From a virus: a stretch of DNA of 64,000 bases. The position numbers and the translations under genes are program-made. Positions 12,001 to 18,800 of the stretch are shown here, in pieces. How positions within the stretch are numbered: the first letter of the stretch is position 1; the number at the start of each line of letters is the position of its first letter. A model generated the notes under the pieces. The model was not told the DNA's origin. It saw only the letters and a list, made by a program, of their open reading frames with translations, and ran no database searches. The stretch spans positions 76,189 to 140,188 of IMG/VR virus record IMGVR_UViG_3300031576_001126; one strand, written 5' to 3'.

Positions 12001-12650
12001 CTCCAATTATAAAAGACGATATGTTTTATCTTTATAGAATTTATCCTTATGTTCTTGTTCCAGAACCGTTTGCCATAACTCCTGATGAAGAATTTCCGAA
12101 ACTTCCAAACTATAGACCGTCAACGGGGGATCTCCCAGATTCGTATAGCTATAATCTTGATCCAGATGACTTTCAGGGAGGAATTTCTACGGTCTTTAGC
12201 GGAATTACAATAGATGGGAATAACTGGATAATTGGAACAGATAACGGAATTTTTTATTCGACACAAGCTGGTAGAGATCCGGTTCCAACCGATAGTCAAG
12301 GAATAGCTGGATCTGGATTTAAAATTCCAGCTTTAATCCAAACTTCAACTAACATTGTTCTTGCGGCAATAGTTTCGAATCAGGCGGTTTATCTTGCCAA
12401 GAGTGTGGAAATTCCTTTAGGCAAAAACTGGGAAATAATAACTCCAACTATAAATAAATTTTCTGCGGCAGATGTTAAACGTATTTTTAATATCACAGAG
12501 GATGCTAATGGATTCATTTATGTCACTACTAACGCTGGCATCTTTAAAGGTGATGCTAATGGAGATAATTGGGTTCTTTCTGGCAGTGTTGGAGATTTGG
12601 AAGCATTAAGTGGGAATCGAGTAATTGGACAGGAATTTCTGGTTATATAA
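1..12650 (+). CDS. Giant multi-beta-propeller (BNR/Asp-box) protein, probable virion tail/baseplate/adhesion protein; 5'-truncated by the window
   Basis: The frame is open from position 3 (GFGDAPPSYF...) into the called start at 168, so the true start lies upstream (>4,200 aa). More than 10 Asp-box motifs (SLDSGRTW, SLDEGNSW, STDGGNTW, STDGGKTW, TRDGGQIW, SEDNGLSW, SLNEGDSW), Reg_prop-like blades (IGSNTIRSVIEDNRGNIWV) and FN3-like segments ending YYYRFF/YLYRIYPY. Virion role is inferred from context. Confidence 0.7.
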   Translation, partial: GFGDAPPSYFLVVDGLKDFYFGDIQAEEKYKIISSRIKTLTPEEIPLFYAKIYLKLDPESFRDDDLDDLVRLWNIDAQNTPPTPSGRISHAAIFHSMIISSFVSNAITFNQGNLPTILSDGYDLRGYVLYPRLDSSAFFKILSNTEDTIVLDSNNILEIARIGDQSRVGMDIQSGRVLDITIDRNNPKIIYASAKDNPYISLDSGRTWRLINDGLPINSSINESFVKFEKIKIHNSYLYGCALNFAENLGGGIYRFDGNSWEQIGGIDGDDLIPKSVNDFAIFDDLGDTIIYAGTLQDGIYKGNDTLGSFVWEKQKLPDHIINSMDLVKKDNGDLERVWIGTAGKGLFRKDGLSDKTWEIEYDNILKNSEIKSVLWRPWNIFEKNSDIFVDSLFSTITTINTGFNLIETKKYVQVNYGPAESLGLENDPDLFDWEKIGEKKDDKEIPHVFSIDQSNASHITESIDRTITDHDLPDNRRLTAFVSGIKGSGALSENFGNGALLAGIGVPSNSLGIERVNIDSNQPTIYEEPFSHLPDRQSITTIEESDSGRIFFGTDRSGVWRTKSSNGRKYLLPFVENPSDSFDLSNYGYDYIVGRLERFLATSVSDFPNQNTFNRITGIDPTGEIGFIDTSSLFDGIGYSERFFRAENIYTYTVKSSESPDLFSDITLHGSDIIGGYFVLSEITNEARGVVGSNRIILEIINLKSESGDYKLFLSAGQRQAILPPQVISDAIWIAIDKEIESPSGNYNKIVIMDFEKYEDISGNLPKTDIKNSLGVKESAVFIRDMKVIGSEAVIGCGIGGLFVSKDINNLNTSDIEWFNILVPSEIKDITSIVCIPKTPTSGYGYGYGEGLDYFDVFGLDGSLYGYGLGLFEYDYSYGYGYGVGIEYESLDIYVGTWGNGVWAHKGGHWIGDIFTGGTWEEVDELNLKHKNIWKLFLSSNGLLYAGTEHGGIYVIDPNGGSWIREIDNITRSKLFIWKTEGYSTKNESVSVFTNKDNILTYSFGGGVMRSLDEGNSWEQAINGLSNIYVQDLTICPNSTSDTAYVATAGGGVYKTTNAFTGNCSWIKLPTNGLPENLNIDEIEVGNDPNIVYIKTRINDLSFKSLPLSIKNVASVSDPPIFEFGDWTGSLNTSLFNGTRFTPLQPYTKGDRKAIIFRSTDGGNTWESVYDKDPKFTDRDYRFSSSVFGLTLRPGQNDIVHFLYKSTLTSNNPSVGNIDSFFFVTMNGDQIISETIFPLDSYQNLKILNQRTDAYISVNPMNFDEIYISLHGNVGSTFQLPPIYKSTDGGKTWFYSNGHFTSSESFNTKLQISNKIPPSVSAVVSDVSSSISLIGNTENIDKNTAIFENTKIFFSSNFNRIITSSFTQTTTEDPFTDSLFFTYRDEPVVGEINSYPRSFYLTGATIQPNINQPTIIAIQNGGHGDFLPKLTKGVGNSNNPQFVTVVLDQTFSGAILDPISNKCKIGNLTSIKIDYSSLPTESIFRKENSLIGLDISIGGIATKIAIHRALYPVVSSTIPNKIELIVIGDFGSSIAIGTVMSVTLKQPIYSNYDNDLMLSVNSGVSWKKIGKESFSLALDNIKGIANNTVLPTTVPLTVRSTYLLQDEGENSVVYRGDARDERYENQSIERLIWTKIVIDSTFKSNKTLFNGLAFSESRSAIYISESNKISKISISPSISVTTLFDNLNISHPLVVSEANSNDMLFVANSSVYSSKDGFETFQVFTLPQAITPASIKRIVLSRNPDIPDEVFLCVDAGQSFEQSTFNSSGVISEGTTNIIRFALSVGQKNPFENFIKRYISFEVNGSNSIFNTRIERITSSEIYTLSTIVGSVISFSYDTITNKTSLTGNGSPLDAGAYAGNIVTIQTSLNVDALTIFTSRVEDVENITESTFDIIVNGDLRQTFEDNDIDFNTKFPSLRIGKLGDFLTVDYSGKITASRSTNQTLQNGLWYSNTFGEGFVKIDGLEIGGIDDRPGCLDAYLFDNGRVSAILNNDDTIRILTNNNRLPSGNINKVFTTPDGNIFALTSNGLCVIEGDEELEFSSFFYNNFTNIMDLGADQRYIFDAENKTFILSGIPNEFYGDETPTLASFNFNNVVATLKDSKETIWVGTEGFGLYAVFGNNIYNFNADNSNIGSNTIRSVIEDNRGNIWVASGNGGVSTSFYGDNINEIPAIVWTNFPTGIGFTENTGLTGAVNSINVRNTMSIIADGTVDVPQVNIDWTNISSVFPKSIILRSNSTITPSVVNGTDITFVPIRDIVLTIEEETNNGNLVWRITGSTAIDYGTNNLIGKHIVPDTRSNTNGFEIIFNSFNSFDIQRVEDENPPSIGNFMIVEKIDSAFVVYAGDGTDIGFNFSDVDLPNNNQYTYFLFFYNDVNFIYKLTDRKTVELSDSEIDSQNELDMICGGSGGLFKFTPSEDTQFTFIASFGEGNDITNIFFDTSNIGWLAATSKLVEFNSPNIITEFGINDLFSGKTDSIPSSMIVRNAAERSNGDIVIATDVGLSIRDIAEFTSIIENDPDISFRDDSGNLTLNDWRPSTLLSAGSDQFSFIDVGENNALLAVRKNIFSTSSGGNNWSITNNNDDNVIFDTIKFAHKIEKDNEIIDILFFTDRSIYSSGSDNIDILETENLPSRSGILESYSIGDMWLSEGPSSSRLIIGMYNNNIVEEERELAIIDFSSPDEFTTPVTFISGKDGLSIQSAYSFAEINDGLDIIICSGCKDSIIFKKNSDSWKPFITGEIEPETFVYTSLSARVDEESIEHGKTLYATRTPIYGVDFAPQVLSFRIDAPLVDNKVFKYDVNGSLAGRVRDGFRIYPSPIIKVDRPAIGEYNPQWFQKNIYRGHIGAVKFIESSRSLVLGGFANTLMVIPFTAERSDDFRKLACGVYSGLRGHRNFIPNQAAYSSTEYVGFYLPYEINEDSIFASGVFSFSSGLNNKTESNFLTKNKNAWSVKFNEEDGFASYLHFGQNNFNDNKKFKFNSTDNISYLMKTRDGGQIWYSSINNVTGESEFPVASVGDWIFNKLDQDNIIISTVNGLYESGEYNSGIFVTFDGGHGWSNVTDVLPKVPAKSIELIEDKVYAGMLGYGVFNTSLASINSLVPDWEQFESRYTTLNGINIGLWNVTSIEEDRINPERLLIGTTNQGVVQSLNSGESWSFDDNGIPSGNITVIKMLAVNPFVTLVGIKNDGLYIKNNDIQKYEKKTNGLPTNSNIRDIKIDITFSDIYLEFNYSNSLNDFILIIRADFLPPSRTPENGVLYQVGGEIENANVVYFGNEDFSLNKFVDRNGKIRDGIPYYYRFFTLNLDGTYTERDIILGKSTLVESLKITDTSSARLADPFPTSGNGLKHRIVKPSTLTTQSKPMEIVSNTGTELFLRADPFEILNRGGDATFGNSILRNQQYRIDSTLIVIPIKINPIYIIAEDISNGISKVYYSNNNGESWFERNSGITSTDIRTLTLEILNIESRLLLEQAAIYISTADGVFKSEDNGLSWNEISSSSGTNILPNSIPYRKVVVDLEDCNIVYALNDNGETFRSLNEGDSWELMNSFDGEFNVADIVSFFTNHIYVGTNGDGIIRLENSVRDRIDLNVIADGNISFFDIDFIEIGDFASTDTNSITASTLVKNDSISNNREQIRFKTKEYANNIQILIKNNDIPFNVEDVFIGDQLANPPSNPFILRIPETEDDPTIVNQIISLSDNNLYAATNRGAFFTSDFGLKWNKINNPELPDEILDIADIRNNELALATASGLWTSTNDRKDFGIIESSGKRINTIFESSDRIVRNLIRGGENGLRITIENSKSIIAFSGKNRQIKLSWGDIFNRVDGGWSENTQIILADPIFRPIKPDDNSLTSFDGWDHALIVRKGPFTTFEKALAAGINNNIFAPQTQVVYPTNTLVSVYNTPISIAQFFASSNSIKESLEEIRDVNLKGKNLVGVPFSPQRFMTDGSIIVGVLPNRKRSVAGYPDEFDFGPSPEYPIIDSVQPITQDRTLPNNIADLDAGVVAPIIKDDMFYLYRIYPYVLVPEPFAITPDEEFPKLPNYRPSTGDLPDSYSYNLDPDDFQGGISTVFSGITIDGNNWIIGTDNGIFYSTQAGRDPVPTDSQGIAGSGFKIPALIQTSTNIVLAAIVSNQAVYLAKSVEIPLGKNWEIITPTINKFSAADVKRIFNITEDANGFIYVTTNAGIFKGDANGDNWVLSGSVGDLEALSGNRVIGQEFLVI

Positions 12651-12886
12651 TGGAGAAAAACATGAACGATGAAGAAAGGCTGAAGTTGGTCAACTACTTT
12701 GGAATAGATTATGATGATTTTTTTAAAGAGTGTTATCAAGTTAATATTTATCAGGATATGCCGGATATTCCCATGGATGAGTATTTAGAAAAAATAAAAG
12801 AAGAAGACGAACGTCTGCTTGATTTTTTAAAAGATATTGTGGATCTTGATAAAGATGTCAATATATTTAAAGATATAGGACTATAA
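12650..12886 (+). CDS. Small acidic hypothetical protein between the two giant genes
   Basis: ATG at 12650 overlaps the upstream TAA; alternative ATG at 12662 has GGAG upstream. The track's start at 12569 overlaps the giant ORF and is unlikely. Confidence 0.6.
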   Translation: MEKNMNDEERLKLVNYFGIDYDDFFKECYQVNIYQDMPDIPMDEYLEKIKEEDERLLDFLKDIVDLDKDVNIFKDIGL

Positions 12887-12889
12887 AGA

Positions 12890-15800
12890 ATGTCTGTAAC
12901 CGTAAATAATATCGGTTTATATTTATCTAGCAGGGTTGGCAACAGAACTGATTATAAGCTAGTTTTGTCTGTCTATGTTGCAGATCATGCCAATGGAGGT
13001 GTTCCCGATGGAAATTTGCCGCTAATTACTATCGAAAGAACTGTTGACGATATAGATTACTCAGGGTGGTTTGTTTTCAATTTTCCATATCCTGTTGTTT
13101 TAATTCCAGACTATTATTGTATAACGCTTTATCAAAAACCCGACAATGTTGATTTCCCTGTGGACTTTAGCGTAAATTTCGTTCAGTGGTTTTATACTTC
13201 TTGTGAAGATCACTCTAACAAGGGCGTGAGTTCTTTCTCTTCTGATCTTCAATTCACTTCGGATGTCTATGGATATGGATACGGGGGAGGCGGCTATGGG
13301 AGCACGTATGCCACTTCGCCAATTTATGGATATGGATATGGATATGGCGATCCGGCGGATGCTTTAGATTTTTTTAATATATTTGAAGCTGGCGAAAATG
13401 ATTATGGTTATGCGATAGGTCAACCGTCTTTTTTTTATAGTTATGGTTATGGTTTTGAATATGTCGATTTTGTTACAGATGATGTTATACAGAGAAATTT
13501 TAAAGTTTATGAAGATTTCAATCATATCGAATTTGAAGGTGAAAATAATGCCTGCATAAACATACCTGCGGCAGAAGAAATAACGCTAATCTTAAATAAT
13601 AGACAAGAATTTTTAATGGCAGAACAAGATGGAACGGCCATTGTTAATGATTTTATAACTCTCGATGGCTTTGGAGAAAGATTAATTTCAACAAATGTTT
13701 CTCCGTTAACATCGGATTGCATTTCCAACAAAAATGTGGATTGGTTTCCGGCAAATTTCGCTTTATCAAGCAATGATTTGAATTATGTAGATACAGTGAA
13801 TTCGCTGGGAAATACAAATCCATTTAATGTTAATATGGCATCTTCGCCATATTATGGTGGGATATATATAAGTGTTGATGGAGGCTCTTCATGGGATGCT
13901 AAAAATGATGGACTAACACTAGTCGACAATAGCATTAGAAATATAAGTTGTGTAAAGTTTGGACCAGATGGATCTTTTATTTTAGCTTTTGATAATACAA
14001 GTTTATCAGAAAGAGGAAAGGTTTTTAAAAGCATTAATCTCGGAGAATCTTGGACGGAATTAATTTTGGCAAGTGCGACATTATCTGGAATAATTGTTAA
14101 TGATGGATTTGTAATTAGTTCTTCTGAGATATGGATAGGAACCGACAATGGGGTTTACAGATCTCTTGATGCAGGAACCACATGGTTCCCTGAAAACAAT
14201 GGTTTACCATCATTAACTAATGTTAATCAAATTCTTGTAGATTTAGATATTCTCGGAAACTATGGATATGGTTATGGTGGAGGAGAAGGAATAAGTTATT
14301 TTGATGTTTTTGGATCAGATGGTTCTTTATTCGGTTACGGATTCGGATCTTTTGAAATGAGTTTTTCAGAGAATTTTGGTTATGAATATGGATATGAGTA
14401 TGGTTTTTCCGGAGGATCTTCGAGGATAGTTGCCATAGCTACGGAATTCGGAGCTTATTGGCTTGTTAACGGTGTTTGGGAAAGAATATATCCAGATATT
14501 GGCCAACCAGAAGAAAATACTAATACAATTCTATTTAGTAACAATAATATATTTATAGGCAAAGACGATGGATTAATAAGATCAGAAATAGTTGGACCTG
14601 ACGAAGAATTCGACAGAATTCGCTTCAGAGGGCATAAAACTTCAGAAGCGATAAATGGAGATTTTTATGTAATCGGTTTGTCTAGAAGAAAAACAACAAA
14701 AGTTAGATTGAATAGAAATAAAGAATCTGAAATTTTTGTGGCACAACACGGAGGAGTGTTCTTTTCTGAAAATGATGGTGGAAACTTTGTAAATCTAACA
14801 AAAAGTATATCGGAAAGATCATTAAAAATAAAAGATATAATAACCAATCCAATAGATAGCGAAATTATATATGCATCCGTAGAAACCACAAAATTTGCAA
14901 ATGCTGGGGTTACAATCTTGGTGGATTGCTCTGGAAGCATGGTAGCAAACGATCCTGAAGAAAAGCGCATAGATATGGCCCTAAACATTGTTGATAACAT
15001 TGTTTCTGTGGCGGTCAATACTCCATATTTCCAAATAATAAGATTCGGAGTTTCAGAAAATATTTTATTAAGAAATCAATCAATTTACAATTCATTAAGG
15101 ACTCAAGGTGAAGATTTCGATATAATTGGAGCCTTTAATTTAACAAAAAATATAAAAGGAAGAATAGTTGATGCTGGATATTCAAGCAATGTGACTTTAG
15201 TAAGAAAGGCACTAGATGTTTCTTGTCGAGAGCCTTCTAGTGCAAGAGAACATGCGAGAACGTTGTTCTTTGATGCCCTAACGGCAACATCTACTGGTTT
15301 GGCTAATTTTGGATCAAGATGGGAATACAAAGAGAATGTATCTAAGTATATTTTCGATGATATTTCTTCTAATTTTTATAACAACTTAGATAAATCTTTG
15401 ATAATAATAACTGATGGAAACGATACTGTTGACGGGAAAACTCTACAACAATTAATAGATAGCTCATCAAATTATAACAATATTCCGTCAAAGACATACA
15501 TCGTTGGGGTTGGGCATAATATAAACTTTGAAAATTTAAAAGCGCTTAGAGAGAGCAATAAAAATTCAAAACTTTATCTGGCTCCATTCGATGAAAACAT
15601 ATATTCAACATTATCAGATGATGTTTCTGATGTAATTCTTGATCGTGAAAAATTCAGGAACAGATCTGGAATTTGGAGAAAATTAATAGATCTCGAAGAA
15701 CCAAAAATAACAAAAAATGTAATTTTAAAGGCCAATGTTCCGTCTTCAACAACACTAACCTATAGACTAAGAACTACAAACAATAAAAAAGACTTCACGG

Positions 15801-18800
15801 ATTTCACTGTAGATTTTCTTCCAAATACTATAAACACTGTGAATTTATCTGGAAGATATATTTCTATTGCTATCAATTTTGAAAGCGAATCAACTTCTTT
15901 TGCGCCGGAAGTTTCTGAAATAAGATTTACGATTTTAGAGCCAAGTAGAAGCTATGTCAATTTTCCGATAAAAAACACAAGCAATTCCGACAGAATATCC
16001 GAAATAGAACTTTCTTCATTAGATGATTTATCTTTGGGAAATGTTTCGTCCGATGTTGTTAAAATGAATTTCGGTTTAATTCAGTCGGAAAGCACAAACT
16101 TTAAATTTTCAAACAAAGTTCACAGAGATTTAAGATCCGTCATGCTTAAAAGGGATTTTGAAGATTTAACCAGCGAAGATGGGTTCTTTTTTAAAGCAAA
16201 AAATGGCCCTTGGCCTGGAGATACTGTTGTTAGGGTTGTTGATTTTTTAGAATTTAACGCAAATCCAAACGAAGGCGTTATAGACGGAAGCCTTTATTTT
16301 GCCATACCAAGCGAGGGGCTTATTATATTTTTTGACAAAGTAAACTCCGATAAAAAAATAAAACTCGATCTTGATTTTATATCTCAGTACAGAATTGGAA
16401 CAGAAATTATAAATCTTAGCGATGCTATCGATTGTTTTAATCTTCATGATATTGCTTGGGTTTACTATACCGATTCTAATAGTGTTTTACCAAGATCAGC
16501 TTTGCCAAAAGTCCCATCTCAATTAGCTGGATTGGAAACATTTGGGATTCTTTCCGATGGAAATCATGAGACGGGCTTTGGGTTAGCAACGACATATCTT
16601 GTGCAGTATATATTAAATGATGTTTTCAACAATGGCATAATATCTATAACAAATGGACAAAGAATAAATTTAAAAACAACTGGAAATTCAGATATACTTA
16701 GATTCTATAATCAGAATGCGTTTTTGCCTCCAACTCAAATAGAAAATGCCCTGGACGATGGATTTCTGAGAGTTTTAAACACTCAAGGAATTGATTTTGG
16801 AATAGTAACAATTCAACAAACTACGACTTCTCCATTGCACTATCAAATCAACGTTAAAACAAGTAGTCAAATAACTGTTGGAGAATCTGTTGTGTTTTCG
16901 ATTGGAGATAGAAGCCAAGGCAGCAGGGGAATTTCCACAGAAACATTTCAAGAGAATCTATTATTTAAAAGTAACGAAGAAACAGTTTGCGAGTTTCAAA
17001 CTAATTTTTATATTGGCCAGAAATCTGGAACTCAAACTCCAAGTGTTCAAAACGGAGACTTTGATAAAATAATAACTCCAAACTTGAACCTCATAGGTCA
17101 AAATGCAACTTCTATAATTGTTTTGTGTCCAACTACCGTTTCTCCGGGATCTTTCTTCAATGTAAAATTCATAGCCGTTGATGATTTAGGAATCGTAGAC
17201 AAAGAATTTACTGGAACAATACAATTTGATATAGAAAACCCAACCATGGGGACTTTTGTTGATGGGTTTTCAAAACAATTTTCCCTATCCAATTCCGGTG
17301 TTTTGGATATGGCAGTTTTGGCATCATCATCCTTATCTGGATCAACAAGAATAAGATGTGGAATAATTGTAAATCAAGAACAATCTTCATCAACTTCTTT
17401 TGATCCAACTTTATTTGATAATATTTTCTTTAGCAATACATTTCTGATAGATTCTTCGTTCTCTGTAAAATGGGGGGATCTAAATATATCCACTATATTT
17501 GGTGACGGAAGACAAGATATAGATTTTGTAGCGAATTATGCTGAAAAAACTTCCGCATTGAATTTTATTGGAATAACAGATGATATCGATATTCTTGACG
17601 ATCAAGAATGGGCATATACTTTATTCAGAACGGATGCTCTGACTAACAACAACTTGGTCATATACCCCGGATTTAGACATAGAGCAAGCGATTTTTATGG
17701 AGAAAGAATGGTTGTTTTTGGCGGAACAGATGCCACGACAACACCACAAACACTTGCGTCTTCTTTGAAACCAATAAATTTTTCAAATCCTCAAGAGCAA
17801 CTTACAAATCTTGTTAATGGATTGACAAATAAAGACTATATAACAATACCAATTCACACTCCATATCAGACAGATCAAACGGATTTCTTCTTTAGAGGAA
17901 GGGGATTCCTTTTGGATAGATATAGAAATATTGTTGACATATCTGCTTCGATGGAATCTTTTATCACAAACATAGAGTCTTCTTTCGAAATATATTCCGA
18001 ACATGGTAATGCCGAAACTCCAGATTTTTATCAAAGCGAAAATTTCATAGGGAGTGAAAGCAATCTATTTGAAACTACGGCTTATGTTCAAAGAGCACTG
18101 TTTATCGGGAAAAGATTAGGATTTGTTGCTGGATCCGGTGGTTATCATAGCCGTTCTGGTTATTATAAAGGAGATAGTTCTCCAAGAACTCAATTAATAG
18201 TGGGTTCCGTTGCCTCAAACAGGGGATTGACTGCCGTCTTAACTGAAAATGTAGATAGAACTGAAATATTCAACAAAATTAAACAAAGAAAAACATATGC
18301 GACAACAGGAGCAAGGATGTTTTTGCATTTTGAAGCAACAACCCAAAGTCAAACTAAAGGAATGGGAGAGGTTTTCTCGAATTTAGATTTTGACACTTTT
18401 GGAGATCCAATCGACACAATAACATTTAAAATTAGAGCTACTTCTGATAATTCTACAATAACAAGAATCCAGATAATAAAAATAAAAATTGACGAAAATA
18501 TAACGACAGTTCTAGATAGCAGAATAAGTGGGGTTCCTCCGTTTAATGTTGTTGATTTTGGCAATGACACCGGGCTTCTTGCTTTTGTGGAAGATATAAG
18601 TGATAATGCTGAAAATCAAGAATATTGTTATTATGTAAGAATTTCCCAAGACGATGGACATTTTGCTTGGTCGAGTCCTATTTGGTTTAACTTTGGAAGA
18701 GAAGAAGGAATTAGAATCACAAGCGATGTCAATTTTAGAACTGTCTCTCAACCAAGTTTGAGTTCTGATCAAGGCGATATTCCGGAAATACCATATTCTT

